Shown here: one piece after another, positions 50,941-64,000 of the stretch
How the letters are laid out: each line of letters starts with the position of its first letter
Numbering within the stretch: the first letter of the stretch is position 1
Source: Squalus acanthias
Lineage: Eukaryota
Assembly (NCBI GenBank): GCA_030390025.1
Contig: CM059432.1
Coordinates: 66,218,001 to 66,282,000, forward strand
Direction of reading: 5' to 3'
Length of the DNA: 64,000 nt
Translations under genes and position numbers: made by a program
The notes under the pieces: model-generated
Databases searched by the model: none
Told to the model about the DNA's origin: nothing
Seen by the model: only the letters and a program-made list of their open reading frames with translations

Positions 50941-53726
50941 TACTTTCCCCCCTCACTGCACCGCAACTCTACTCTTGTTCCTTTCTCCTTTCAGATACCC
51001 AAGAACTGCAACCTGGCCAGGCAGTGGTGGAACAGCAACAGGTGGAAGAGGAAGAAGGCAGTGATGGTGAAGACACAGCATCATCACTCGATTTCACACT
51101 CGCAGCCATCAGCTCAGATACTGACACTCTGCGTAATTTAGAGGATAGCTTAGACGCGGGATCTGCACGTAGTGAGACACAGGGCATGAGTGGCCTGCAG
51201 CCAGGGCAGGGAACAAGGGTAGTGCAGTTGCCAGCTCGCCGGAGGGCGAGGTCACACACGAATTCTGCTGCAGAGGACTCAGATGAGCACTTCGATGGGG
51301 CGGGCTACATTGGCAGGCCTGCCAGAAAATCTGCGTGCAATGTCCAGCGCCAACTTGGCACAGCCTTTGCACAGAGCTTGGAGTCTATCCTTTCCAGCAT
51401 GGAAATGGTGGCCAACTCCATTAGCACACTTGTGGCCCAACCATGATGCAGCATCTCATGGCCAATGTCTCAGCTTCCATTGCAGCACAAGCAGAAGCCA
51501 CCAGGCGTGTGGGTGCTGCAGTGGAAACTCAGACTTCTGTCATGCAAGGTCAGCTTGTTGCCACGCAAGCTCAGACTGCTGCCATCGTGGCTGTGGTTAC
51601 CAGTGTTCAGTGTTACCAGGGTGTCACAGCTGTCCATCAATCTGTTCTCCAACAGATTACTAAGATTGCTGAGGCGCCGCCCCAGAGGGAGTAGCAGTAA
51701 CTCCGTGGAGCATGAACCTGCTGCTCATTCAGGATGACAGCATTCGTCCTCCCACCCCTGCCACTCCGCCAGTGCCCTTGCTGTTGCCTGTCAGCCAGCC
51801 AGCCCAGACTGCTCCACCCACGCCGAGAGGGAGCAGTCCAATGCCGGGCCTTCAAGGCCCAGAGCTGCTTGAGGTTGTCCTCCAAGGCCATCTGCAGTCT
51901 CCCCTACTGAATGTCAGCAGCCTTCCACCAGCCATGCTGCAGCCATTGTGTTATCACTGCATAGGAGCACTAGGACAGGCAAAGGCACACGGAAGACAGA
52001 CACTAAAGGAATGCACACGGGTGATTCATCCACGATTGTATGCAATATGGCATATTTTAATTTACAAAATTGGTTTGGAATGTTTATTTTGTGTTGACTT
52101 CTATTTTTGCATTGTGGCCAAGCGGACGCTGTGATGGTCAATAACAAAGGGAAGGGAAGGTATGGGACTGTTGGTGAATGTGGAATTGGGGTTCTGTTTA
52201 CTCGTATCACAGCTGGATCAGTCGGCCATGGACAGCCCGGCCAGAAAGGGGCTGGCTGCCTTGCCTCCTCCCCTCCTCTTACTCCTCCTCCTCTTCCTCC
52301 ACCTCTTCTTCCTCCTGCTCCTCCTCCTCCTGAGCTGTTTGCTGTATAGCTGGTGGCAAGGGATGTGCCCACACGATGGCGAGGTTGTGCAGCATGCAGC
52401 AAACTACCATGAATCTCGACACCCGCTGTGTCGAGTACTGCAGGGCTCCTCCAAAGCGGTCCAGGCAGTGGAAGTGTTGCTTCAGCACGTCAATGGTCTG
52501 CTCGATTATATTTTGTGTGGCAGCATGGCTTTCGTTGTATGAATTCGACCCACATGTGCATGGGTCATGAGCCATGTTGTTAACGGATAGCCCTTGTCAC
52601 CCAGTAGGCTTATAGTGGTAGCTCAAATTCAGGTGGCACAGCAAACTACCGCAGAATAAAGACATCATGACTGCTGCCAAGATACTGGGCATTCACCTGC
52701 ATGATTCGCTGAGTATGGTCACACACCAGCTGAACATTGAGAGAGTGGAATCCCTTTCGGTTGCGGTATATCTCAGAGTTTACATGCGGCGCCCACAAAG
52801 TGACATGCGTGCAGTCAATGGCACCCTGCACCATGGGGAAGCCTGCAAACTTCACGAAGCTGCGTGCTCGCTCCGCCTGCTGCTCTCTGGCCAGAGAAAA
52901 TGAAATGTATTCAGCTCTCTTGGCATGCAGAACCTCAGTTACCTGCCTTATCTAACAGTGGATGGCAAACTGGCAAATGTTGCAAATATCTCCTGTTCCA
53001 GCCTGGAAGGAGCTCAACGCATAAAAGTTTATGGCCACTGTAACCTTCACAGCCACTGGCAATACGATCCTCGCCCTACTCTGAGGTTGCAGTTGTGGCT
53101 GCAGCAGGTGGCAGATTTCAGTGAGGACGTCGTTGGTGAAGCGCAGATGTCTATCACACTGTTCTTCGCTGAGGTCCAGGTAGGAGTATTGCTCCCTGAA
53201 CACCCTGGGTAGACATGGCCTTCTGCTGAGAGACTTCTTCCCCTCCTCCTCCACCCTCTTCCAGCAGCTTGTCCTGCTCTGTGTCGCCTCTGCTGATTCT
53301 CCCTGTCATGCTGTAGGCCAAGAGGAATGCTTACTACTGCACCCATGTCTGGAAGCAATTGGTCTGTGTGGAATCCTTGAAGTCAGGACAAAGTCCTTCA
53401 GCACCTGCCACACCATTCCCTGTAGACTTTAGCAAATTTAAATAATTGAGCTCCAAAATGGCAGCGATGGCATCAAATCAGTGTCACACGTTGATTGACG
53501 TCACAATCTGCCTACTCTGCATACTTCCAGCGCATGCTCCCTGTGCCCGCTCCCAGTGCCCGCTCCCTGCGCCCACTCCCTGCGCCCGCGCTAATGCCCT
53601 ACCCAAGATGGTGTCCAAAGAAGCCCGCACCAGAAGTGTGCGCGCATATCGCAGACACCGTTTTAGAACAAAAAGGGCACTTGTAGCACCCAAACAACGA
53701 GCGCTACGGAGCTGAATTTTGCGGCC
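50941..53726. mobile_element. Left-truncated PIF/Harbinger transposon
   Basis: Right TIR AATTTTGCGGCC (53715-53726); convergent partner-gene last exon (+, ~50995-52025) and transposase (-). Confidence 0.85.
52198..53346 (-). pseudogene. Harbinger (HARBI1-like) DDE transposase pseudogene
   Basis: PRVFREQYSYLDLSEEQC, VAVKVTVAINFYA, GAIDCTHV, NRKGFHSLNVQLVCD, GSSHD, LGDKGYP, IIEQTIDVLKQHFHCLD; contains frameshifts and stops. Confidence 0.93.
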
Positions 53727-55186
53727 TCGATCTCTCCTCATAGGAAAACCCTCTCATCCCAGGAATCAATCTAGTGAACCTTCGCTCCACCCATGCTAAG
53801 GCAAGCACATCCTTCCTTAGGTACGGAGAACAAAACTGTACACAGTACTCCAGGTACGGTCTCACCAAAGGCCTGTACAATTGCAGCAAGACTTCCTTAC
53901 TCTTGTACTGCAACGCCCTTGCAATAACGGCCAATATACCATTTGCATTCCTAATTGTTTGCTGTACCTGCTTGTTAACTTGTTGTGATTCTTGTACAAG
54001 GACACACAAATCCCTCTGAACACCAACATTTAATAGTTTCTCACCATTTAAAAAATATTCTATTTTTCTATTCTGCCTACCAAATTGAATAACCTCACAG
54101 TTCCCCACATTATACTCCATCTGCCACCTTCTTACCCACTCACTTAACCTGTCTATCCCTTTGCAGACTCTTTGTGTCCTCCTCACAGCTTACTTTCCCA
54201 CCTAGCTTTGTATCGTCAGCAAACTTGGATATATTACACTCGGTCGCTTTTTCTAAGTAATTAATATAGATTGTAAATAGCTGAGGCCCAAGCACTGATC
54301 CTTGCAGCACCCCAATAGTTACAGCCTGCCAACCTGAAAATTACCTGATTATCCCTGCTCTCTGTTTTCTGTCCTTTAACCATTCCTCTATCCATGCTAA
54401 TATATTACCCCCAACCCTATGAGCCCTTATTTTGTGTATCAACCTTTCATGTGGCACCTTATTAAATGCCTTTTGCAAATCCAAATCCAAATATACTACA
54501 TCCACTGGCTCCCCTTTATCTACCCTGCTAGTTACATCCTCAAAAAACTCTAATAAATTTGTCAAACACGATTTCCCTTTCATATAACCATATTGACTCT
54601 ACCTAATCATATTATGATTTTCTAAGTGCCCTGTTAACATTTCCTTAATAATGGATTCCAGCTTTTTCCCGATGACTGATGTCAGGCTAACTGGCCAGTT
54701 TTCTCTCTCCCTCCTTTCTTGAATAGCGCTGTTACATTTGCTACCTTCCAATCCACAGGGACCATTCCAGAATCTAAGGAATTTTGGAAGATCACAACCA
54801 ATGCATCCACTATCTCTGCAGTCACCTCTTTTAGAACCCTAGCATGTAGGCCATCAGGTCCTGGGGATTTGTTGTTTTTTAGTCCCATTAATTTCTCCAG
54901 TACTTTCTCTTTACTAATATTAATTACTTTAAGTTCATCACTCTCATTAGCCCCTTGGTTCCCCACTATTTTTGGTATTTTTTTTGTGCCTTCTACTGTG
55001 AACAAAATATTTGTTTAACATCTCCAGCATTTCCTTATTCTCCATTATACTTTCTCCTGTCTCAGCCTCTAAGGGACCCACATTTACTTTCACTAATCTT
55101 TTTACATACCTGTAGAAGTTCTTACTATTTGTTTTTATATTTCTTGCTAGTTTACTCTCATATTATGTAAATCATAATATGTGTGT

Positions 55187-55672
55187 GCAGCCATGGCTCA
55201 GTTGGTAGCACTCTCACCTCTGAGTGAGAAGGTTGTAGGTTTAAGTCCCACTCCAGAGACTTGGGCACAAAAAACTAGGCTGATACTCCAGTGCAGCACT
55301 CCCTCAGTACTGAGGGAGTGCTGCACTGTTGGAGATGCCGTCTTTTGGATGAGACGATAAACCGAGGCTCCGTCTGCCCTCTCAGGTGGATGTAAAATAT
55401 TTTATGGCACTATTTTGAAGAAGAGCAGGTGAGTTATCCAAGGTGTCCTAGCCAATATTTATCCTTCAATCAACAGCACTAAAACAGATTATCTGGTCAT
55501 TATCACATTGCTGTTTGCGGAACCTTGCTGTGCGCAAATTGGCTGGCGCATCTCCTATATTCAAACAGTGACTACACTTCAAAAAGTACTTCATTGGCTG
55601 TAAAGCGCTTTGGGACGTCCGGTGATCGTGAAAGGTGCTATTTAAATGCAAATCTTTCTTTCTTTTCTTTAT
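55187..55672 (+). mobile_element. Deu-domain SINE
   Basis: Matches the other copies. Confidence 0.88.
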
Positions 55673-56132
55673 TCTATTTTCTCCCTGTTTATCAATTTTT
55701 TGGTTAACCTTTGTTGGTTTCTGAAGCTCTCCTAATCCTCAGGCTTACAACTCTTCTTGGCAACATTATAAGCCTCTTCTTTTAATCTAATATCCTTAAC
55801 CTCTTTAGTTAGCCACGGATGGATCACTTTTCCTGTGGAGTGTCTATTTCTCAATGGAATGTATATTCGTTGAGAATTATGAAATATTTCTTTATATGTT
55901 CACCAGTGCTTATCTACCGCCATAACTTTTAATCTAATTCCCAATCTACCTTAGACACCTCGCCCCTCATACCTATGTAATTGGCTTTATTTAAGTTTAA
56001 TACACTAGTTTTGGGCTTAAGTACACCACTCTCAAACTCAATGTGAAAGTCTATCATATTATGATCATTCTTCCCCAGTGGATCTCTTACTGTGAGATTA
56101 CTAATTAACCCTGTCACATTGCACAACAGAAG

Positions 56133-56481
56133 ACCATCTACAAGATGCACTGCAGCAACTCGCCATGGCTTCTTCGACAGCACCTCCCAAACCCGCAACG
56201 TCTACCACCCAGAAGGACAAGGGCAGCAGGCGCATGGGAACACCACCACCTCCAAGTTCTTTTCCAAGTCACACACCATCCTGACTTGGATATATATCGC
56301 CATTCCTTCATCGTCGCTGGGTCAAAATCCTGGAACTCACGACCTAACAGCAGTGCGGGATGACAAGGACTGCAACAGTTCAAGAAGGCGGCTCACCACC
56401 ACATTCTTAAGGGCAATTAGGGATGGGCAATAAATGCTGGCCTTGGCAACGACGCCCACATGCCATGAATGAATTAAAAAA
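56133..56481 (+). mobile_element. 3' fragment of the LINE family at 28477-31388
   Basis: MHCSNSPWLLRQHLPNP..AGAWEHHHL matches 31040-31151. Confidence 0.9.
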
Positions 56482-57699
56482 ATCTAATATAGTCTCCTCC
56501 TTGGTTGGTTCCACAATGTATTGTTTTAGGAAACTGTCTCAAATGCATTCTATGAACTTGTCCTCCAAATTACTTTTGCCAATTTAATTTGTTCAATCTA
56601 TATGAAGATTAAAGTCCCCATGATTAATGCATTACCTTCATTACCAGCTCCTCTTATTTCTTGATTAATACTCTGTTCAACAGTATAGCTACTGTTAGGG
56701 GGCCTATAAACGACTTGTTCTGTCATTTTGCTTGTACCCATTCATGGTGAATCACCCTGTTTATTTGTCAGGGTAGATATAGCAACAACTGGACAACTGC
56801 ATGAGCTTAGTTAATGCAACATTATGTTTGTAATTTTGCTAGTCTGGCCGGAACCATTTCCCGATATTGGGAAGGTTTGTACAGACCAGCAATGTCAACA
56901 GTCAATATCTGGCCTATACAGCAGGTTTGACACAACCTTCTGACTCAGAGGTGAGGGTGCTACCAACTGAACCACAGCTGACACAGAAGGTTTGACAGAT
57001 CAGCTCTCATCTACAACCACATCTAAGATGATGGACTTTGCAAAGAATACCACGAGCAAGGGCCAATTCATTTTGCTGCTTGGGGTACTTTCTACTGGAA
57101 ACACTCAGCAAAACCCACTTGGGGAGGGTGCCTATGCTTCTGCAGCACTAGTGCTAGCTCTGTTATATCACAGGATTGTAACTCTGTAGCATGAAAGGGA
57201 CAATTAAAGAATCAAATTTGGTCTTGCAACTTCAGCCATACATAGTAATGACAGTAAGGTTTCCCTATTCTAGGGAAGGTTTTATCAAATCTGTGTAAGA
57301 TGAGTAAAAATTCTTACGAAATTGTCTAAAGTAACTCTGTGTAGCCAAACACCCAGGGTTATCAATCAGCATTCCAAAACGATTCCAACATCCATTTTCC
57401 TGCTGAGTTATTAAACTGTTTTATATATTACAGCAGTTTCAGAAACTGACTGGCAAGAAAAGCAATGTCTGTCACTCCTAAAATTAGGTCACTGCTTCCC
57501 AATGGTTAAAGTATAATTTGAAAAAAGGAAGCACTCAGTTTTGAATGGTAGTTCGATGCTAATGAAGGTGGAATTCACCCATACTCTGTAATGACAGTAA
57601 GACTGCTCAGTAATCACTTTCACCTAATTATTGTTGCCAATATTACCAGATGAATGCCTAATGCATTCGTATGTTATTCCTCTGTCTGCTATTTTAATG

Positions 57700-58030
57700 C
57701 AGGTGTTAACCCATTTGTTAGAACAAGGTGTGGTGCCAGAGGACTGGTGGATAGCTAATGTAATATTTGAATTTAAGAAGGGAGATAGAACATGTCCAGG
57801 GAACTATAGAGCAGTCAGGTAGTAGGAAAAATAATGGAATCCCTATTAAGGAAGAAAATAGAAGAACATCTAGAAGCCAAAAATATAATAATGAATAGTC
57901 AGCATGGAATTCAAAAGGGAAAGTCTTGCTTGATCAACCTCATTGAATTTTTTTGACAAGGTCGCAGAGAGAGTAGACAAGGATAATGCAGTAGATGTTA
58001 TTTATCTAGATTTTCAAAAGGCCATCGATA
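57700..58030 (+). mobile_element. Older CR1 RT fragment (host of the 58047 insertion); resumes at 62833-64000
   Basis: VVPEDWWIANV..GNYR ..LDFQKAIDK, continuing as VPHNRL after 62833. Confidence 0.85.
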
Positions 58031-58046
58031 AGGCCATTAGAATAAC

Positions 58047-58492
58047 GCCGGTGTCGGGAGCGGAGAGAGCGACGATACAGTGAGTATTTAAACTCGCTTT
58101 CGCGGGCTTTTTTTGCAGAGGCCGGTGTCGGGAGCGGAGAGAGCGACGATACAGTGAGTATTTAAACTCACTTTGGCGGGATTTTTTTTGCAGAGGCCGG
58201 TGTCGGGAGCGGAGAGAGCGACGGTACAGTGAGTATTTAAACTCACTTTGGCGGGCTTTTTTTTGCAGAGGCCGGTGTCGGGAGCGGAGAGAGCGACGAT
58301 ACAGTGAGTATTTAAACTCGCTTTCGCGGGCTTTTCTACAGAGGCCGGTGTCGGGAGCAGAGAGAGCGATGGTACAGTGAGTATTTAAACTCACTTTCGC
58401 GGGATTTTTTCCTCAGAGGCCGGTATCGGGAGCGGAGAGAGCGACGGTACAGTGAGTATTTAAACTCACTTTTGCGGGCTTTTTTTCAGAGG
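58047..58492 (+). repeat. Six tandem 73-75-bp monomers forming the CR1 5'UTR
   Basis: Units start at 58047, 58121, 58196, 58271, 58344 and 58419, each beginning GCCGGT.TCGGGAGC.GAGAGAGCGA. Confidence 0.93.
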
Positions 58493-61400
58493 CTTACCAA
58501 TCTCGCAGACAGGCGGCGGCATTCCAGAGCCACGTCACGATTCAAAAAGTGACACGGGCAAGAGGAAGCAGCTGATTGGTGAGTACGGCCAGGTGAGTAT
58601 TTATACTACTCTATAGTTTAACAGTTAAGGTTAATAGTTTATAAAGTTTAGAAGGTCTTAATTTTGTGGTTATAGTTTCTAAGGTCTCTGTTCTGTAGCG
58701 GGGAGTGCTAGTAAACAAGGGCCCTTGACTATATCATTTAATTGTAGTGTAATTTGTGGTATTGATTTGATTTAATTTAATTTAAATTAATTAAAGGGTA
58801 AGTCATGGCAGCATAGCTCGGCCCCATGGCATGCTCCTCCAGCACTATGTGGGAAATCAGGGACACTTCCTGTGTCCCTGACAACCACGTGTGCGGGAAG
58901 TGTATCCAGCTGCAGCTACTGGCAGATCGCATTGCGGCACTGGAGCTGCGAATGGATACATACTGGAGCATTCGCGATGCTGAGGACGTCATGGATATCA
59001 CATTTAATGAGTTGGTCACACCGCAGGTAAAGGCTGCACAGGAAGGAAGGGAATGGGTGACCGCCAGGCAGAGTAGTAGGCGCAGACAAGTAGTGCAGGG
59101 GTCCCCTGTGGGCATCCCCCTCTCAAACATATATACCGCTTTGGATATTGTTGAGGAGGATGGCTTATCGGGGGAAGGCAGCAGCAACCAATTTCCTGGC
59201 ACCATGGGTGGTTCTGCTGCACAGGACGGGAGGAAAAAGAGTGGGAGAACTATAGTGATAGGGGATTCTATTGTAAGGGGAATAGATAGGCGTTTCTGCG
59301 GCTGCAAACGAGACTCCAGGATGGTATGTTGCCTCCCTGGTGCAAGGGTCAAGGATGTCTCGGAGCAGCTGCAGGGCATTCTGGAGGGGGGGGGTGAACA
59401 GTCAGTTGTCGTGGTGCATAAAGGTACCAACGATATAGGTAAAAGATGGGATGAAGTCCAAAAAGCTGAATATAGGGAGTTAGGAGGTAAATAAAAAAAT
59501 AGGACCTCAAAGGTAGTAATCTCAGGATTGCTACCAGTTCCACGTACTAGTCAGAGTAGAAATAGAAGGATATTTCAGATTAATACGTGGCTAGAAGAAT
59601 GGTGCAAGGGGGAGGGATTAAAATTCCAAGGACATTGGAACCGGTTCTGGGGGAGGTGGGACCAGTACAAACTGGACGGTTTGCACCTGGGCAGGACCGG
59701 TACCGATGTCCTCAGGGAGTGTTTGCTAGTGCTGTTGGGGAGGGTTTAAACTAAAATGGCAGAGGGTTGAGAAGCTGTGCAGGGAGACAGAGGAAAGGGA
59801 AGCAAGGATAGAAGCAAAAGACAGGAAGGAGAAAAGCAAAAGTGGAAGTCAGAGAAATCAAGGGTGTAAATCAAACATGGCCACAGTAAACAATAATTCC
59901 AGAAGGTCTAAGAGTGTTAAAAAAACAAGCCTGAAGGCTTTGTGTCTTAATGCAAGGAGCATTCATAATAAGGTGGATGAATTAGCTGCACAAACAGATG
60001 TAAACGGATATGATACAATTGGGATTACGGAGACATGGCTCTATGGTGACCAAGGCTGGGAATTCAACATCCAGGGGTATTCAATATTCAGGAAGGACAG
60101 GCAAAAAGGAAAAGGAGGTGGGGTAGCATTGCTGGTTAAAGAGGAGATTAACACAATAGTAAGGAAGGATATTAGCTCTGATGATGTGGAATCTGTATGG
60201 GTAGAGCTGAGAAATACCAAGGGGCAGAAAACATTAGTGGGAGTTGTATACAGACCCCCAAACAGTAATGCAGAGGTTGGGGATGGCATTAAATGGGAAA
60301 TTAGAGATGCGTGCAATAAGGGCACAGCAGTTATCATGGGTGACTTTAATCTACATATAGATTGGGCTAACCAAATTAATGACAATACTGTGGAAGAGGA
60401 AGTCCTAGAGTGTATACGGGATGGTTTCCTGGACCAATATGTCGAGAAACCAACTAGAGATCAGGCCATCTTAGACTGGGTATTATGTAATGAGAAAGGA
60501 TTAATTAGCAATCTTGTTGTGCAAGGCTCCTTGGGGAGGAGCGGTCATAATATGATCGAATTCTTCATTAAGATGGAGAGTGAAGTAGTAGTTGACTCAG
60601 AGACTAGGGTACTGAATTTAAATAAAGGAAACTACGATGGTATGAGGCGCGAGTTGGCTAGGATGGATTGGGGAGCATTACTTAAAGGGTTGACGGTGGA
60701 TAGGCAATGGCAAACATTTAAAGATCGCATGGATGAACTACAGAATTTGTTCATCCCTGTTTGGCATAAAAATAAAACAAAAAAGATGACTCAACCGTGG
60801 CTAACAAGGGAAATTAGGGATAGCATAAGATCCAAGGAGAGGACATATAAATTGGCCAGAAAAAGCAGCAAACCTGAGGATTGGGAGCAGTTTAGGATTC
60901 AGCAAAGGAGGACAAAGGGATTAAATAAGAGGGGGGAAATCGAGTATGAGAGTAAGCTTGCAGGGAACATAAAAACTGACTGTAAAAGCTTCTATAGATA
61001 TGTGAAGAGAAAAAGATTGGTGAAGTCAAGCGTAGGTCCCTTGCAGTCAGAATCAGGAGAATTTATAATGGGGAACAAAGAAATGGCAGCCCAATTAAAT
61101 ACATACTTTGGTTCTGTCTTCACAAAGGAGGACACAAATAAACTCCCAGAGATGTCGGGGAACATAGGGTCTAATGAGAGGGAGGAACTGAATTAAATCA
61201 GTATTTGTAGGGAAATGGTGTTAGGAAAATTGACAGGATTGAAGGCTGATAAATCCCCAGGGCCTGATAATCTACATCCTAGGGTACTTAAGGAAGTGGC
61301 CCTAGAAATAGTAGATGCATTGCTGGTCATCTTTCAAAATTCTATAGACTCTGGAACAGTTCCCATGGATTGGAGGGTAGCTAATGTAACCCCACTATTT

Positions 61401-62832
61401 AAAAAAGATGGTAGAGAGAAAATGGGGAATTATAGACCGGTAAGCCTGACATCGGTAGTTGGCAAAATGCTAGAGTCCATTATAAAAGATGTAATAGCAG
61501 AGCACTTGGAAAACAGTGACAGGATCGGACAAAGTCAACATGGATTTACAAAAGGTAAATCATGCTTGACTAATCTACTGGAATTTTTTGAGGATGTAAC
61601 TGGTAGAATAGATAAGGGAGAACCAGTGGATGTGGTGTATTTGGACTTTCAGAAGGCTTTCGGTAAGGTCCCGCATAAGAGATTAGCGTGTAAAGTTAAA
61701 GCACATGGGATTGGGGGTAAGGTAGTGACTTGGATAGAAAACTGGTTGGCAGACAGGAAGCAAAGAGTTGGAATAAACGGGTCTTTTTCCGAGTGGCAGG
61801 CAGTGACTAGTGGGGTACCGCAGGGATCAGTGCTAGGACCCCAGTTATTCACAATATATATTAATGATCTAGAGAGGGAACTAGAAGTAATATCTCCAAG
61901 TTTGCAGACGACACAAAGCTGGGTTGGCCTGTGTGCTGTGAGGAGGATGCAGAGAAACTCCAGTATGATTTGGACAGGTTGGGTGATTGGGCAGATGCAT
62001 GGGAGATGCAGTATAATGTGGATAAATGCGAGGTTATCCACTTCGGTGGCAAAAACAGGAAGGCAGATTATTATCTGAACGGCAATAGTTTGGGAAAAGG
62101 GGAAGTGCAATGAGACCTGGGTGTCCTTGTGCACCAGTCGCTGAAGGTAAGCATGCAGGTGCAGCAGGCGGTTAAGAAGGCAAATGGTATGTTGGCCTTC
62201 ATAGCGAGAGGATTCGAGTACAGGAGCAAGGATGTCTTGCTGCAGTTGTACAGGGCCTTGGTGAGACCACACCTTGAGTATTGTGTGCAGTTTTGGTCAC
62301 CTTATCTGAGGAAGGATGTTCTTGGTATGGAGGGAGTGCAGCGAAGATTCACCAGACTGATACCTGGGATGGCAGGAATGATGTATGAAGAGAGATTGGG
62401 TCGATTAGGCTTATATTCGCTAGAGTTTAGAAGAATGAGAGGGGATCTCATTGAAACTTATAAAATTCTAACAGGACTAGACAGACTAGATGCAGGAAGG
62501 CTGTTCCCGATGGCGGGGGAGTCCAGAACCAGGGGTCACAGTCTAAGGATAAGGGGTAAGCCATTTAGGACTGAGATGAGGAGGAATTTCTTCACCCAGA
62601 GAGTGGTGAACCTGTGGAATTCTCTACCACTGAAGGCAGTTGAGGCCAATTCATTAAATATATTCAAGAAGGAGACAGATATATTTCTTAAGGCTAAGGG
62701 GATCAAGGGATATGGGGCGAAAGCAGGGACAGGGTACTGAATTTGGATGATCAGCCATGATCGCATTGAATGGTGGAGCAGGCTCGAGGGGCCGAATGGC
62801 CTACTCCTGCTCCTATCTTCTATGTTTCTATG
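58047..62832 (+). mobile_element. Full-length CR1 LINE, lightly mutated
   Basis: ORF1 58826 to ~59750 (Cys motif, IVIGDS, GTND, DGLHL esterase motifs); ORF2 59877-62740 (APE and RT) with stops at 61194 and 62111 and a frameshift near 61870; (TATGTTTC)n tail. Confidence 0.95.
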
Positions 62833-63347
62833 TACCACATAATAGACTAATGAATAAGGTTAGAGAATGCGGAGTCAGGGGACAAGTAGCAGAATGGATA
62901 GCTAACTGGCTTCAAGATAGAAAGCAGAGAGTAGGGGTAAAGGGTAGCTATTCACAGTGGCAGAAGGTGGGAAGTGGTGTTCCACAAGGATCAGTGCTGG
63001 TACCACTGTGGTTTACAATTTATATTAACGAATTAGACTTTGGAATCAAAAACACAATTTCTAAATTTGCGGATGACACCAAATTGGGGGGGATAGTCAA
63101 TACTGAGGAGGACTGTAACAGATTACAGGAGGACATTAATAAACTTGCAGAATGGGCATATAATTGGCAAATGAAGTTCAACACAGATAAATGTGAGGTA
63201 TTACATTTTGGAAAGAAGAATAAGGAGGTCACTTATTACTTGGAGGGTGCAAGTCTGAGTGGGGTAGAAGAACAAAGGGATCTCAGAGGACAAATACACA
63301 AATCACTAAAAGTAGCGACACAGGTTAACAAGGCCATAAAAAAAGCA

Positions 63348-63830
63348 TGATGTGGAGATGCCGGCGTTGGACTGGGGTGGACAAAAATGAGAAGTCGCAC
63401 AACACCAGGTTATAGTCCAACAGATTTATTTAATTTTACAAGCTTTCGGAGCTGTCGCTCCTTCCTCAGGTAAGTTAGCAGTGAGAGAATCTCCCAGAAT
63501 TCACAATTTAAACACAGACAAAATCTATTCAAATCTTTCCCTACATCAAAGACACACTAAGAGCACAAGAACCAACACAAATTGACAGGATATGCAGCCA
63601 GCAGGTGGTTTGACACGTTGGACCCCCTGGGACACATCTCATTGTCTTGGCTGTGCTCTTAGTGTGTCTTTGATGTAGGGAAAGATTTGAATAGATTTTG
63701 TCTGTGTTTAAATTGTGAATTCTGGGAGATTCTCTCACTGCTAACTTACCTGAGGAAGGAGCGACAGCTCCGAAAGCTTGTAAAATTAAATAAATCTGTT
63801 GGACTATAACCTGGTGTTGTGCGACTTCTC
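63348..63830. mobile_element. Short inverted Penelope-like element with an HHR on each strand
   Basis: 181-bp inverted arms 63387-63567 and 63652-63832; 13-bp TSD CATAAAAAAAGCA (63335-63347, 63830-63842). Confidence 0.85.
63746..63783 (+). ncRNA. Minimal hammerhead ribozyme motif (mirror copy at 63436-63473 on -)
   Basis: TTAC-CTGAGGA-A-GGAGC-GACA-GCTCC-GAAAGCTT-GTAA: core, stem II, stem I TTAC/GTAA. Confidence 0.72.
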
Positions 63831-64000
63831 ATAAAAAAAGCAAACCAAGCACTAGGGTTTATTTCTAGAGGGACAGAATTGAAAAGTAATGAAGTTATGC
63901 TGCACTTGTATCGAACCTTAGATAGACCACACTTGGAGTACTGCATACAATTCTGGTTGCTATATTATAAAAAGGATATAGAGGCACTGGAGAGGGTGCA

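Larger units (their letters stand above)
53727..56715 (-). mobile_element. Decayed CR1 ORF2 with nested SINE and LINE fragment; its 3' end may be 50751-50935
   Basis: ORFs 53704-54186, 54341-54583 and 54682-55005 carry CR1 motifs. Confidence 0.88.
62833..64000 (+). mobile_element. CR1 RT region (continuation of the 57700 element), interrupted by a Penelope palindrome
   Basis: GVPQGSVL and FADD in ORF 62757-63350; RPHLEYC motif near 63925. Confidence 0.9.

Noticed and set aside
52198..53346. Domesticated HARBI1 gene
   Set aside because: Has frameshifts and stops, an adjacent TIR and a convergent partner gene; it is a transposon copy.
58047..58492. CRISPR-like array
   Set aside because: The whole unit repeats with no unique spacers, there are no cas genes, and it is the 5' end of a CR1.

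Overview
Eukaryotic, repeat-saturated genomic DNA. The HE1-type V-SINEs, Deu-domain SINEs, esterase-bearing CR1 LINEs and Penelope elements point to a cartilaginous fish; this is an inference from remembered repeat families. Most of the window is nested mobile DNA: two near full-length CR1s plus many fragments, a second CR1/L2-group LINE, Penelope-like elements with minimal hammerhead ribozyme (HHR) motifs, two solo LTRs, three decayed PIF/Harbinger elements (transposase remnants, two also with a Myb/SANT partner gene), Harbinger-type MITEs with 3-bp TSDs, a hAT-type MITE dimer and SINEs. A chain of phase-compatible candidate exons on the minus strand suggests an unidentified host gene. Main observations: (1) two different Harbinger-type elements sit in the same trinucleotide, the predicted HHR cleavage triplet, in both arms of one inverted Penelope element; (2) a candidate host exon is split by a CR1 and reads in frame into its RT domain; (3) there are tiny and palindromic HHR-bearing insertions with TSDs; (4) a 36-bp segment inside a SINE appears copied from 1.4 kb away. 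All calls come from reading the sequence by eye; no searches were run, and boundaries without TSD support are approximate.
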